This document shows, piece after piece, positions 37,564 through 47,859 of a stretch of 64,000 nucleotides of DNA (within the stretch, counting starts at the first letter, position 1; each line of letters starts with the position of its first letter). Source of the stretch: Rheinheimera sp. (GTDB taxonomy: Bacteria > Pseudomonadota > Gammaproteobacteria > Enterobacterales > Alteromonadaceae). The position numbers and the translations under genes were made by a program. Below the pieces are notes generated by a model that worked only from the letters and a program-made list of their open reading frames with translations, was not told where the DNA came from and ran no database searches. The DNA lies in the NCBI RefSeq assembly GCF_037442525.1, contig NZ_JBBIQD010000003.1:278482-342481 (forward strand), written 5' to 3'.

Positions 37564-37854
37564 ATGAAACCTTCTGTGGCCTTAGCCAAACACCGTGAAC
37601 AAGTCCGCCAGGTTGTGGCTGCGCACCGCGCCAGCAACGTGCGAGTGTTTGGTTCCGTGCTGCAGGGCACCGACACAGAACAAAGCGATCTCGACTTATT
37701 GGTTGACCCAAGCCCACAAATGACGATGTTCGATATAGGTGCTATACGCCACCAACTGCTGCAGTTGCTGCAGGTAAAGGTGGATGTTCTAACGCCAAAT
37801 GCCCTGCCGGAAAAATTCCGCAGCGCAGTGCTCGCCGAGGCCAGGCCGGTATGA
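37564..37854 (+). CDS. MNT antitoxin, module 3
   Basis: GSVLQGTDTEQSDLD; KVDVLT. Confidence 0.9.
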   Translation: MKPSVALAKHREQVRQVVAAHRASNVRVFGSVLQGTDTEQSDLDLLVDPSPQMTMFDIGAIRHQLLQLLQVKVDVLTPNALPEKFRSAVLAEARPV

Positions 37855-38207
37855 GCCGGGACCAGCAGCGTCTGGCCGATTACCTCGCCCACATTCGGCA
37901 AGCTATAGAGCGTATCAGCCGCTACTGCGATGATTTATCTGAACTCGATTTCCTGCAAAACGAATTGGTACAAGACGCCGTGGTACGTAACTTTGAAGTG
38001 ATTGGTGAAGCCAGTAACAACATAGAAAAACACTACCCGGAATTTGCCAAAGCGCACCCAGAGCTGCCACTTTCCAGCGCCTACCAAATGCGTAACGCCG
38101 TCGCTCATGGTTACTTTAAAGTGGATTATGAGCTGGTGTGGAAAACCATTGAAGCGGATCTTCCTGTGTTGTTTGAACTGGTGGTAGCTGCCGAAGCCAG
38201 CTTGTAG
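37851..38207 (+). CDS. DUF86/HepT-like HEPN toxin, module 3
   Basis: DAVVRNFEVIGEA; RNAVAHGY (RX4HXY); ATGA overlap. Confidence 0.92.
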   Translation: MSRDQQRLADYLAHIRQAIERISRYCDDLSELDFLQNELVQDAVVRNFEVIGEASNNIEKHYPEFAKAHPELPLSSAYQMRNAVAHGYFKVDYELVWKTIEADLPVLFELVVAAEASL

Positions 38208-38484
38208 CAAACAAAACCCGCCAACTAAAGCATATCAGCCAGGCGTACCGAAAAACTGCTTGCCGTTTGTTTCGGGCTGCTTTAACTTGGTTCTATCTAA
38301 GTAACAACAACATGTTGCAGGTTGCCGGAAAAGGATGTTTGGGCAGTTTGGTTTTCAGGCGTTTTCCGCTTTTAACTCTTCCGCTTTAATTATCCAATTT
38401 CTGCTTTATTAACGATTCAACCTTTGGGGCACGGGGCAAGACCTGACCACGTTGGTTCGTGGTTCGCAGTTGGAGCAAAAAACG

Positions 38485-39213
38485 GTGGAAAGTCAGAAGA
38501 AACAAAACGGTGCTGCTGAAAAATTTGGTGTCTTTATAGCACTTGTAATAATGACAGGTATTATTATAGGGTTAGTTCGAGGAGGATACTGGCTATTTGA
38601 AATTATCTCACCATTTGAAGGCTACTCAAATAAAGAAGAAATTTCGACTGTCATCACAAAAGCAATATCAAATGGGGCAGATCTAGAATCAATTCAGATT
38701 TTATTTGAAAACAGAGAAGTATCAGACTCATTTATTACTAGAATTTATCTGAAGCCTGACAATGTCTATGAAGAACCAATAAAACTAGAAGATGTTTTAG
38801 GTGATATAAAGTCTCAACTATTTATGAATAAACCTGATGACTCTACCCTGCAAAAAATCAACTTAATAATAGAAGAACATCGAAAATCAGATCCATTCGC
38901 AATTCTACAAGATTTACAGAGAGAACGATTCAACAATGTGCGTACGAAGCTTGGCGAACAATATCCCTTGGTAGAAGCTGATGTAGTCAAAATCTCGGAA
39001 GAGCTAGCGAAACAGAATACATTGGTAAAAGAATATTTAGCAACTTCAACTGCAAGTTTTTGGATATCAATTTTTGGCCTATTTTTCTCAATATCTATCT
39101 CTGCCTATCAATTATACAAATCAAACAAACAAGTTGTAAGCAATGGAGGACTAATGATTCATTTATTTGATAAGCTAGAAAATAACATTTCAAAAATGCT
39201 TGGAAAAATATAA
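38485..39213 (+). CDS. AT-rich hypothetical protein with two TM segments
   Basis: GGAG then GTG start; TM segments near both termini; ATA/TTA/AGA-rich codons unlike the neighbours. Confidence 0.75.
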   Translation: MESQKKQNGAAEKFGVFIALVIMTGIIIGLVRGGYWLFEIISPFEGYSNKEEISTVITKAISNGADLESIQILFENREVSDSFITRIYLKPDNVYEEPIKLEDVLGDIKSQLFMNKPDDSTLQKINLIIEEHRKSDPFAILQDLQRERFNNVRTKLGEQYPLVEADVVKISEELAKQNTLVKEYLATSTASFWISIFGLFFSISISAYQLYKSNKQVVSNGGLMIHLFDKLENNISKMLGKI

Positions 39214-39456
39214 TTCACATTCACCATCGAAAGGGAAGACACCAAAAATCTAATGAAGAATTAACAGAATGAAATATAGACAAATCCAAAATTGACATAA
39301 ATAAATAGAGAGATAAAGAGAATTGAGTTTCCATTCTAGATATTATCAATGTATTAACTGTTCACACAGGCCAGATCAGACAAAATGATTCAATGGAGTA
39401 TGTTCCATACTCAGGATTAAGTCAGTCCTTCACCAGAGGCTCGGGCGTTCGCCCGG

Positions 39457-39482
39457 CAAAGCGCAAAACTTTTTGCGCTTTG
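39457..39482. terminator. 12-bp perfect hairpin downstream of ilvA
   Basis: CAAAGCGCAAAA-CT-TTTTGCGCTTTG. Confidence 0.55.
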
Positions 39483-39493
39483 AGATCCCGGAC

Positions 39494-41134
39494 TCACCCC
39501 CCTGTCAAAAACGCCCTATAAGCCCCATTACTTGTGACCAGCCGGTATTCGTAACCCAGCTGGTCCAAGTGCTCGGCAATTTCACTGTGATCAGCTATTT
39601 CAAAACCCGCCAATACGTCGCCGGTGGCGGCGCCGTGGTTGCGGTAATGAAATAAAGTGATATTGCATTCGTCGCCCAGGGTGGTGAGGAAGTTCATTAA
39701 CGCACCGGGGTATTCCGGGAAGTTAAACTGGTACAGCTGCTCTTGCACTAAACGTGGTGGCATGCCGCCGACCATATAGCGCACGTGTAGTTTAGCCAGC
39801 TCGTCGTCAGATAAGTCCTGAAATTCGTAACCGGCGTTGGATAAGGCCTGTGTCACCTGAGCCAGTTCGTCGGCGCCGTGGCGCAGCTTAATGCCAACAA
39901 AAATATGCGCTTTGTTGTCGCTGGCGTAACGGTAGTTAAATTCGGTGATGGCGCGCCCGCCAATGGTTTGGCAAAAACGGCGGAAACTGCCTTTTTGCTC
40001 TGGAATAGTCACGGCAAACACCGCTTCTTTTTTCTCGCCGAGCTCACAGCGTTCCGACACATAACGCAGGGTGTCGAAGTTTAAGTTGGCACCGCTTAGC
40101 ACTGCACTTAATTGCTGGCTGTGGTCACTCGACGCGGCGTATTTTTTCAGGCCCGCCAAACTCAGCGCACCTGCAGGTTCGGCCACAGCGCGTAAGTCGT
40201 CGAAAATGTCTTTGATGGCGGCGCAAATTTCGTCGCTGGACACCGTAATCACGTCATCACAATACTGCTGCGCCAGTTTAAAGGTCTCGGAGCCGATGCG
40301 TTTTACCGCCACGCCGTCGGCGAACAGCCCTACTCTGTCTAACGTCACTGGTTCACCGGCTTCGAGCGCAGCTTTTAAGCAGGCGGCGTCGTCGGGTTCT
40401 ACCCCTATTACTTTGACGCCCGGCATCACAGCTTTGATATAAAGCGCCATACCAGCCAGCAAACCACCGCCACCGACGGGCACAAACACCACGTCCAGCT
40501 TGTTGTGTTGGCTGAGCAGCTCTTTCGCCACTGTGCCCTGGCCGGCAATTACGTCCGGGTCGTCAAAAGGCGGAATATAAATAGCGCCCTGCTGTTTAGA
40601 AAGCGCAATGGCATGGCGGTTGGCTTCATCAAAGGCGGTGCCGTGCAGCAGCACCTGGCCGCCTAAGGCTTTGACTGCATTTACTTTAATTTCTGGCGTG
40701 GTGATTGGCATTACAATGGTGGCTTTCAGGCCCAGTTTGCGCGCCGACATGGCCACGCCCTGAGCGTGGTTGCCTGCCGAAGCGCAAATGACAGCACTAC
40801 CGGGTTGCTGCTCTTTCACTTTCATCAGTTTATGAAAGGCGCCACGCAGCTTAAAGGAGTACACCGGCTGCATGTCTTCGCGTTTTAAAAACACCTGATG
40901 GCCTAAGCGCTGGCCTAATTTCGGCATGGCCTGCAGCGGGGTTTCTACCGCCAGCTGGTAGACAGGCGACAGCAAAATGTCGCGCAAATAGGCTTGCTGC
41001 GAGGCGGCGTCTGGCTCTGGCTTTTGCCAGAGCGTATGGTTGCTTTGCGGCGCGGCATTTTTTACCGCTACTTCTGCCACAGGAGCAGATGCTTCTGCCT
41101 GCTGCTTTTTCAGCGCACTCGCCTCTGCCATCAC
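39494..41134 (-). CDS. ilvA: Biosynthetic threonine dehydratase
   Basis: KREDMQPVYSFKLRGA, SAGNHAQGV, PVGGGGL, two C-terminal ACT-like regulatory repeats. Confidence 0.97.
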   Translation of the reverse strand: MMAEASALKKQQAEASAPVAEVAVKNAAPQSNHTLWQKPEPDAASQQAYLRDILLSPVYQLAVETPLQAMPKLGQRLGHQVFLKREDMQPVYSFKLRGAFHKLMKVKEQQPGSAVICASAGNHAQGVAMSARKLGLKATIVMPITTPEIKVNAVKALGGQVLLHGTAFDEANRHAIALSKQQGAIYIPPFDDPDVIAGQGTVAKELLSQHNKLDVVFVPVGGGGLLAGMALYIKAVMPGVKVIGVEPDDAACLKAALEAGEPVTLDRVGLFADGVAVKRIGSETFKLAQQYCDDVITVSSDEICAAIKDIFDDLRAVAEPAGALSLAGLKKYAASSDHSQQLSAVLSGANLNFDTLRYVSERCELGEKKEAVFAVTIPEQKGSFRRFCQTIGGRAITEFNYRYASDNKAHIFVGIKLRHGADELAQVTQALSNAGYEFQDLSDDELAKLHVRYMVGGMPPRLVQEQLYQFNFPEYPGALMNFLTTLGDECNITLFHYRNHGAATGDVLAGFEIADHSEIAEHLDQLGYEYRLVTSNGAYRAFLTGG

Positions 41135-42987
41135 TATTCTTGCTCCAGTTTGGATAAATCACGCACTGCACCTTTGTCGGCGCTGCTTGCCAGCATGGCG
41201 TAGGCTTTTAACGCCGGGCTGACCACACGTTCGCGGTTGGCCGGTTTCCAGCCCAGTTTGCCTTTGGCGTCCATCGCGGCGCGGCGGGCATTTAGCTCGG
41301 CGTCGCTGATTTCAATGGCAATGCGGCGGTTTGGAATATCAATGGCAATGCCGTCGCCCTCTTCTACCAGCGCAATGGCACCGCCGCTGGCGGCTTCTGG
41401 TGACACGTGGCCAATCGACAAACCCGAAGTACCGCCCGAGAAACGGCCGTCGGTGATCAGCGCACAGGCTTTACCCAAGCCCATGGATTTTAAGTAGCTG
41501 GTGGGGTACAGCATTTCTTGCATACCCGGGCCGCCTTTTGGCCCTTCGTAGCGAATGACCACCACGTCGCCAGCCACCACGCGGCCAGCCAGAATGGCGT
41601 CTACCGCGCTGTCCTGGCTTTCGAAAATACGGGCGCGGCCATTAAACACCAGGTTTTCTTTTTCAACACCTGCCGTTTTTACAATACAGCCATTCGGCGC
41701 CAGATTGCCGAACAACACGGCCAGGCCGCCGTCTTGCGAATAAGCACCTTCTTTGCTTCGGATACAGCCGTCAAAGCGGTCGTCGTCCAGTGTTGGGTAG
41801 CGGCAGTCCTGCGAAAAGGCCTGGGTGGTACGAATACCGGCCGGGCCTGCGCGGTAAAAGTCGTGTACCGCCTGGTCTTTGGTTAGGGTAATGTCGTAAC
41901 GGCTGATTACATCGCCCAACGAGCTGCCCGACACATGCGGGGTGTCCGGGTTCAGCAGGCCAGCGCGTAATAACTCGCCCAGAATGGCGATGACGCCACC
42001 GGCACGGTGCACGTCTTCCATATGGTATTTCTGGGTAGAAGGCGCCACTTTGGATAAGTGCGGCACAATACGCGATAAGCGGTCGATGTCGGCCATGCCG
42101 AAATCCACTTCGGCTTCCTGCGCCGCGGCCAATAAGTGCAGCACTGTGTTGGTGGAACCGCCCATGGCAATGTCCAGCATCATGGCGTTTTCAAAAGCGG
42201 TTTTATTGGCAATATTACGCGGCAGCGCACTGGCGTCGTCTTGCTGATACCAGCGGTTGGTCAGCTGCATAATGCGTTTACCGGCATTGATAAACAGCTG
42301 CTTACGGTCGGCGTGGGTGGCCAGCAAACTGCCATTGCCCGGCTGAGCCAAACCTAAAGCTTCGACCAGACAGTTCATGGAGTTGGCGGTAAACATGCCA
42401 GAGCAAGACCCACAAGTAGGGCAGGCGCTGCGCTCAATTTTTTCGCTGTCGGCGTCGCTGACATTCGGGTTAGCCGCCGACACCATGGCGTCCACTAAAT
42501 CCAGCTTGATAATTTGATCCGACAGCTTGGTTTTACCAGCTTCCATTGGGCCACCGGACACGAAAATCACCGGAATATTCAGCCGTAACGAGGCCATTAA
42601 CATGCCCGGCGTGATTTTGTCGCAGTTGGAAATACAGACCATAGCGTCAGCGCAGTGGCCGTTCACCATATACTCCACCGAGTCGGCAATAATTTCGCGC
42701 GACGGCAGGCTGTACAACATACCGCCGTGGCCCATGGCAATACCGTCATCGATGGCGATGGTATTGAATTCTTTGGCAATACCACCCGCTTCTTCAATGG
42801 CCTCGGCCACCAGTTTGCCTAAGTCGCGTAAATGCACATGGCCCGGCACAAACTGAGTAAAAGAGTTCACCACCGCAATAATAGGCTTACCAAAGTCGGT
42901 ATCTTTAACACCAGTAGCACGCCACAAGGCGCGGGCTCCGGCCATGTTGCGGCCTTCGGTGGTAGTGGCTGATCGTAACTTCGGCAT
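41134..42987 (-). CDS. ilvD: Dihydroxy-acid dehydratase
   Basis: [61 protein letters not shown]. Confidence 0.98.
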   Translation of the reverse strand: MPKLRSATTTEGRNMAGARALWRATGVKDTDFGKPIIAVVNSFTQFVPGHVHLRDLGKLVAEAIEEAGGIAKEFNTIAIDDGIAMGHGGMLYSLPSREIIADSVEYMVNGHCADAMVCISNCDKITPGMLMASLRLNIPVIFVSGGPMEAGKTKLSDQIIKLDLVDAMVSAANPNVSDADSEKIERSACPTCGSCSGMFTANSMNCLVEALGLAQPGNGSLLATHADRKQLFINAGKRIMQLTNRWYQQDDASALPRNIANKTAFENAMMLDIAMGGSTNTVLHLLAAAQEAEVDFGMADIDRLSRIVPHLSKVAPSTQKYHMEDVHRAGGVIAILGELLRAGLLNPDTPHVSGSSLGDVISRYDITLTKDQAVHDFYRAGPAGIRTTQAFSQDCRYPTLDDDRFDGCIRSKEGAYSQDGGLAVLFGNLAPNGCIVKTAGVEKENLVFNGRARIFESQDSAVDAILAGRVVAGDVVVIRYEGPKGGPGMQEMLYPTSYLKSMGLGKACALITDGRFSGGTSGLSIGHVSPEAASGGAIALVEEGDGIAIDIPNRRIAIEISDAELNARRAAMDAKGKLGWKPANRERVVSPALKAYAMLASSADKGAVRDLSKLEQE

Positions 42988-43177
42988 TGCTTATGTTCTC
43001 CGATTCTGTTTCGTTCCCCTGCTGCCTTGCCGCCGTAGCTTTGTTGCCTGCGCTCTTCGCTACTACGCCAATGCATTTGGGCTGTATTTAGTTTGTTTAC
43101 CCAACACAAGTCTGGGTTTTATCAATTTATTTAATGGCTTGCGTCTTTTTGTCTACGGCAAAGAACGAACTTACCGA

Positions 43178-43286
43178 AAGGGTTGCTGTGTTCCATAAAG
43201 CGACCGTTGAGCGCCAGGGACGGCGCGAAACGAGCCCCCCAGGGATGGGTTCACGGGCGTGTCGCTGTTGGAATGCAACAACCCTT
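43178..43286. repeat. About 109-bp nested palindromic (MITE-like) element
   Basis: AAGGGTTG...CAACCCTT ends, inner AGCGAC/GTCGCT and TTCCA/TGGAA arms, two CCAGGGA(C/T)GG internal hairpins. Confidence 0.6.
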
Positions 43287-43338
43287 TGCAGCCGCTCCAT
43301 CTACTCCGTGCCACCAAACCATCAACAACCCCAGCCCA

Positions 43339-43596
43339 TCAAGCCCGCATCGAACCCGCAGCGCCTGCCGCCTTGCATTCCAAATGCTGCACGTCATACA
43401 GCTTAGCCAACTGGTTGGTCAGCAAACTGATGGGCTTGTCAGTGGTCACAGACAAGGTCAACAGCAAACCGCTGAAATCCGCCATGGGCTTCATCTCAAA
43501 AGACGCCAGCTCAAAACCCCGGTAGCGCGTTACCTGCAACACACGCTCCAACGCCACTTGCTCATTTTTGGTCTGTATCGTTAAAACATGGTTCAT
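43339..43596 (-). CDS. ilvM: Acetolactate synthase II small subunit
   Basis: [13 protein letters not shown]...[12 protein letters not shown]; ATGA overlap with ilvG. Confidence 0.93.
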   Translation of the reverse strand: MNHVLTIQTKNEQVALERVLQVTRYRGFELASFEMKPMADFSGLLLTLSVTTDKPISLLTNQLAKLYDVQHLECKAAGAAGSMRA

Positions 43597-45254
43597 TTGT
43601 TCGCTCCCGTTAACATATCCTGATTCGCGGCGCCCGGCGGTACCAGAGGCCAGACATTGTCTTTTTCGTCAATTCGTACATGCAGTAAATAAGGCCCAGG
43701 CCAGGTAAACATCGCCTCCAGCGCCGGTAACACCTCGTCCTTGCGGCTGATGCTGTGGCCAGGAATGGCAAATGCAGCGGCTAACGAGACAAAATCCGGA
43801 TTGTCCGACAAATCGGTTTCGCTGTAGCGCTCGTCAAAAAACAGCTCCTGCCACTGTTTCACCATGCCCAGCTTCTGGTTATCGACAATGACAATTTTCA
43901 CCGGCAGCCGGAAGCGCTTGATGGTGCCCAGCTCCTGCACATTCATCATAAAGGAGCCATCACCGCTCACGGCTATGACAGTGTCTTTTGGCCGCGCCAG
44001 CTGAGCACCAATGGCGGCCGGTAAACCAAAACCCATAGTGCCCAGGCCACCGCTGCTTAAATGGTTGCGCGGGCTGGAAAAGCTCATATGCTGCGCCACC
44101 CACATCTGGTGCTGACCCACGTCGCAGCACACCACGGCGTTGTCGGGCGCGCGGTCGCTCAGTTGCTTCAGCATTAAAGGCGCAAAAATCTGCTCGCCCG
44201 GGTGGTCGTAACGCCAGCCGTGCTGCTGCTTCAACTGCTGACAATGTGCCAGCCAGTCGGCGCAGTAAGTGGGGACTGACATGGCTGGCAGCAGCTCACG
44301 TAAATCGCCCAGCATGGCGCAGTCGGCGCGGCGCAGCTTGTGCAGTTCGGCCGGGTCTATGTCGATATGGATCACTTTGGCGTCCGGTGCAAAAGCCGCC
44401 AGTTTGCCAGTGACGCGGTCGTCAAAACGCGCGCCTAAACAAATCAGTAAGTCGCACTGCTGCACTGCAAAGTTAGCGGCCTGAGTACCGTGCATACCCA
44501 ACATGCCGAGGTAATAGGGGTTGTTCGCCGCCACTGTGCCCATGCCTTTTAAGGTGGTCACAGACGGCATAGGGCTTTGGCTTAAAAAGGCATTTAGTTG
44601 TGCTTCGGCGCCCGCCATATGCACGCCGCCGCCAATGTAGGCCACTGGTTTTTTCGCGCCCTGGATCAGCAAACGGGCCTGGTCCAAGGCGGCAACCGGT
44701 AAATGGGTAACGGCTGGCTCGGCTACATTGTCGGCCACTAAACGGGGTTTGAGCTGCACTTCGGCCAGTTGAATGTCTTTTGGAATATCCACCAGCACAG
44801 GGCCGGGGCGGCCAGAGACGGCCAGTTCAAAAGCCTGGTTTAAGGTGGCTTCCAGCTCTGCCACGTCGCGCACCATAAAGCTGTGTTTGGTCACGCTCAG
44901 GCTTAAACCCAATACGTCCACTTCCTGAAAAGCGTCGGTGCCCATCACGGCTTGCGACACCTGGCCAGTGATGGCTACTACGGGCACTGAGTCCAATAAA
45001 GCGTCGGCCAACGAGGTGATTAAGTTAGTCGCGCCCGGGCCTGAGGTGGCCATGCAGACGCCAATTTTGCCGGAGCTGCGGGCATAACCAATGGCTGAAA
45101 ACGCGCCGCCTTGTTCATGGCGACACAGGTAGTGTTTGACCTTGCTGCCGTACAGCGCGTCGTAAATAGGCATAATGGCACCGCCGGGGTAGCCGAACAC
45201 ATGTTCAACTCCTTGTTGTTCCAGCAGGTTTATCACCAGTTCTGCGCCTTTCAT
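43593..45254 (-). CDS. ilvG: Acetolactate synthase II large subunit
   Basis: [49 protein letters not shown]. Confidence 0.96.
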   Translation of the reverse strand: MKGAELVINLLEQQGVEHVFGYPGGAIMPIYDALYGSKVKHYLCRHEQGGAFSAIGYARSSGKIGVCMATSGPGATNLITSLADALLDSVPVVAITGQVSQAVMGTDAFQEVDVLGLSLSVTKHSFMVRDVAELEATLNQAFELAVSGRPGPVLVDIPKDIQLAEVQLKPRLVADNVAEPAVTHLPVAALDQARLLIQGAKKPVAYIGGGVHMAGAEAQLNAFLSQSPMPSVTTLKGMGTVAANNPYYLGMLGMHGTQAANFAVQQCDLLICLGARFDDRVTGKLAAFAPDAKVIHIDIDPAELHKLRRADCAMLGDLRELLPAMSVPTYCADWLAHCQQLKQQHGWRYDHPGEQIFAPLMLKQLSDRAPDNAVVCCDVGQHQMWVAQHMSFSSPRNHLSSGGLGTMGFGLPAAIGAQLARPKDTVIAVSGDGSFMMNVQELGTIKRFRLPVKIVIVDNQKLGMVKQWQELFFDERYSETDLSDNPDFVSLAAAFAIPGHSISRKDEVLPALEAMFTWPGPYLLHVRIDEKDNVWPLVPPGAANQDMLTGANK

Positions 45255-45333
45255 ACCCTATCCCCTATTTGGCCTCGTACTTGAGGCTGCCGCGTTGTTG
45301 ACTACTCACCCGGCACCGCTTTGGACGCTGGAC

Positions 45334-45358
45334 GGGCGGGGCTAAACCCCGCCCCTAC
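45334..45358 (-). repeat. GTAG-family REP
   Basis: GTAG-GGGCGGGG-TTTAG-CCCCGCCC. Confidence 0.75.
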
Positions 45359-45475
45359 GTATTCATCTGGCTTGCAACGCCAATTACTTTGGCCAACTTA
45401 GTCAGTTTGTGTTCTATCGTTGATACAAGTAACCAACAAAACCTGTTTCGAAACTTTTCGGGGACCTTAAAACAC

Positions 45476-45507
45476 AAAACCCCCGAACCTTTCGGTGCGG
45501 GGGTTTT
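45476..45507 (-). terminator. ilv operon attenuator terminator
   Basis: AAAACCCCCGCACCGAAAGGTTCGGGGGTTTT, nearly identical to the enterobacterial ilvGMEDA attenuator. Confidence 0.92.
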
Positions 45508-45526
45508 GTTGAGAATTTTTTGCTGC

Positions 45527-45613
45527 TTAAAATTCCAAACGCGATCCCCCGCAGTGACTAATCACCACGAGCACGAGGACCACAATAATGTTCAGAATTG
45601 AAGCTAAACGCAT
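45527..45613 (-). CDS. ilvL: ilv operon leader peptide (28 aa)
   Basis: MRLASILNIIVVLVLVVISHCGGSRLEF; Ile/Val/Leu run directly before the attenuator. Confidence 0.9.
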   Translation of the reverse strand: MRLASILNIIVVLVLVVISHCGGSRLEF

Positions 45614-45894
45614 TTTTGTATTTTAACTCTTAGGTTAATTTTGTTTATTTAGTGTTCCGGCGCTGTTTTTACGTTGGATGCCGGAAAATTGCGCTACTAG
45701 AAATAGCCGTCTAAACATCTTTAGTCAACAACTATTTTTGCTTTTTGCCGCGTTTTGTAAAAAAATTACAAGCCGCACAGGCAGTTATCCGGACTGTGCT
45801 GTGGTCAAACAAATCAGTAACGCTATCTCCAAGCCGCTTATTGCTGCAGTCCACACAGCTGCAGCTGCAAGGGCGACGGGGATAAAGAGCAGGT

Positions 45895-46155
45895 ATGGAT
45901 CAGTTAGAACTATTCGACTTACCCAACCCCTGTATTGGGGTCTGCACAAGCAATAACCGCGGTTATTGTGTTGGCTGCCTGCGCTCACGCGATGAACGTT
46001 TTGACTGGCATAACAAGCCGGTGACCGAACGTGCCCGTATTCTGAAACTGCTGGAGCAACGCCGCGCCCGCCGTGATGCCGCCCGGCTGGCTGGTAAACC
46101 AGACAGCAGCCTGGAAGCAGATGCGGATCCAACGCCAGACCTGTTTGGTTTCTGA
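45895..46155 (+). CDS. DUF1289-family Cys-rich small protein
   Basis: PNPCIGVC...GYCVGCLRSRDERFDW. Confidence 0.88.
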   Translation: MDQLELFDLPNPCIGVCTSNNRGYCVGCLRSRDERFDWHNKPVTERARILKLLEQRRARRDAARLAGKPDSSLEADADPTPDLFGF

Positions 46156-46236
46156 GACCGCCGCAATAGCTAGATGGATTGCGCATTCTGAGCGCAATGG
46201 CTACAGTGGATTCAGAACATTTCCTGGAAATCAGCA

Positions 46237-47859
46237 GTGTCCGCCATTTTATCCCAGTCATCCGAAATCCTTCAAAAGCAACTTCAGCATATACGGGGCG
46301 AATTTGCTGACGCCTTGTGGCGTAACTTTGCACTGATTTCGCTGTTTGGCGTGCCTTTGTCTTGTTTGCGGGCGTTCAATACCGGCTGGTTGCCGCTGTA
46401 CAGCCTGCATATTGCCGTAGGTACGGTGTTTATTGCGGGGCTCTGGCTGCTGCCGAAGCTGACGACGGCACTCAAAGGGGGTTTGCTGATCCTGCTGTTC
46501 TGGCTGATTGGTCTGCCGGGTGCCATGCACTTTGGTTTTGCTTCTCCCGGCATCTGGTGGCTGGTGTTAAGTTGTGTGGTATCGCATCTGTTATTCCGGC
46601 CCCTGGTCACAGTGCTGCTGGCCGTGGCGGCCTCACTGAGCCTGCTCAGCCTGGCGCTGGGCTTTATTTACGGTTATCTGAGCATTCCCTTTAATGTGCG
46701 CTCTTATATGACAGACCCCACCGCCTGGGCCACTTACCTGACGGTGAACTTTATTGCTTTTGTGGTGGTGTTCCGCACCGTGGTCAGCCACAGTGCGGCG
46801 CTGCAGGCCTATGCCCAGCATCAGTTCCGCCAATGGGTGGAAGATTTACCTCTGGGCATAGTGGTACTGAATAAACTGGGCCAGCCTTTTTACCGCAATA
46901 AAACGGCCCAGCAGTGGTTTGACGCTGATCAGACTCAGCTGAACCTGCTGCTGGGCCAACAGGCCTGCCCGCTGGACGACAGCCAGTTGCCGGAGCAACG
47001 CGCTTTATTGGGTGAACGGGTGCAAATGGATAACCTGCAGCTGCAGCAACACAATGACGCCCGTTTACTGCAGGCATGGGGTCGGCCTGGGTATGACCCC
47101 GATGGCACACTGAGCTTTGGTATTGCGGTGTACGAAGACATTACAGCCCGAAAAAAACTGGAGCAGGTGAAGGACCAGTTTGTCTCCACCGTCAGCCACG
47201 AACTGCGCACGCCACTGACCTCCATCCACGGGGCACTGAAGCTGGTACTGGGCAATGCATTGGGCGAGCCACCGGAAAAAATTCGCGCCATGCTGGAAAT
47301 TGCCGGACTGAACAGCCAGCATTTAATTCGCTTAATCAATGACTTATTGGATATTCAAAAAATTGAAGCGGGCGAGCTGGCCTTTGACCTCAGCTGCTTT
47401 CAGCTGGGGCCCTGGTTACGCACCGCTGTGCAGCAACTGTCAGGTTATGCCATCAGTCATCAGGTCAGCTTTGAGCTGGCAGAGCCCGGCTGCCCTTGTT
47501 GGGTGAATGCAGACAGCAACCGACTGATGCAGGTGATGGGCAATCTGCTGTCCAACGCCGCCAAATTCTCTCCGGCCGGGGCTGTGGTGCAGATCCGGCT
47601 GGAGTGTCTGGGCACTGGCTGCCGTATCGCCATTGCCGACCAGGGCCCCGGCATTGCTGATAACTTTAAAGAGCGCATCTTTCAGCCATTCAGCCAGTCC
47701 GATACCTCAGACCGGCGCCAGTTTGGCGGCACAGGTTTGGGCCTGAGTATCAGCAAAGCGCTGGTGGAAAAACATGGCGGCCGGTTGTGGTTTGAAAGCG
47801 CACCGGATCAGGGCAGTACCTTTTACGTCGATTTGCCTGCCGCCGCAGCACCTGGCTGA
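46237..47859 (+). CDS. Orphan multi-TM PAS sensor histidine kinase
   Basis: About 6 TM segments, PAS-like domain, FVSTVSHELRTPLTSI, NLLSNAAKFS, DQGPGI, GTGLGLSI; no adjacent response regulator. Confidence 0.9.
   Translation: MSAILSQSSEILQKQLQHIRGEFADALWRNFALISLFGVPLSCLRAFNTGWLPLYSLHIAVGTVFIAGLWLLPKLTTALKGGLLILLFWLIGLPGAMHFGFASPGIWWLVLSCVVSHLLFRPLVTVLLAVAASLSLLSLALGFIYGYLSIPFNVRSYMTDPTAWATYLTVNFIAFVVVFRTVVSHSAALQAYAQHQFRQWVEDLPLGIVVLNKLGQPFYRNKTAQQWFDADQTQLNLLLGQQACPLDDSQLPEQRALLGERVQMDNLQLQQHNDARLLQAWGRPGYDPDGTLSFGIAVYEDITARKKLEQVKDQFVSTVSHELRTPLTSIHGALKLVLGNALGEPPEKIRAMLEIAGLNSQHLIRLINDLLDIQKIEAGELAFDLSCFQLGPWLRTAVQQLSGYAISHQVSFELAEPGCPCWVNADSNRLMQVMGNLLSNAAKFSPAGAVVQIRLECLGTGCRIAIADQGPGIADNFKERIFQPFSQSDTSDRRQFGGTGLGLSISKALVEKHGGRLWFESAPDQGSTFYVDLPAAAAPG

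Noticed and set aside
38300-39420. Prophage remnant
   Set aside because: A single AT-rich gene with no phage hallmark genes or att-like direct repeats.
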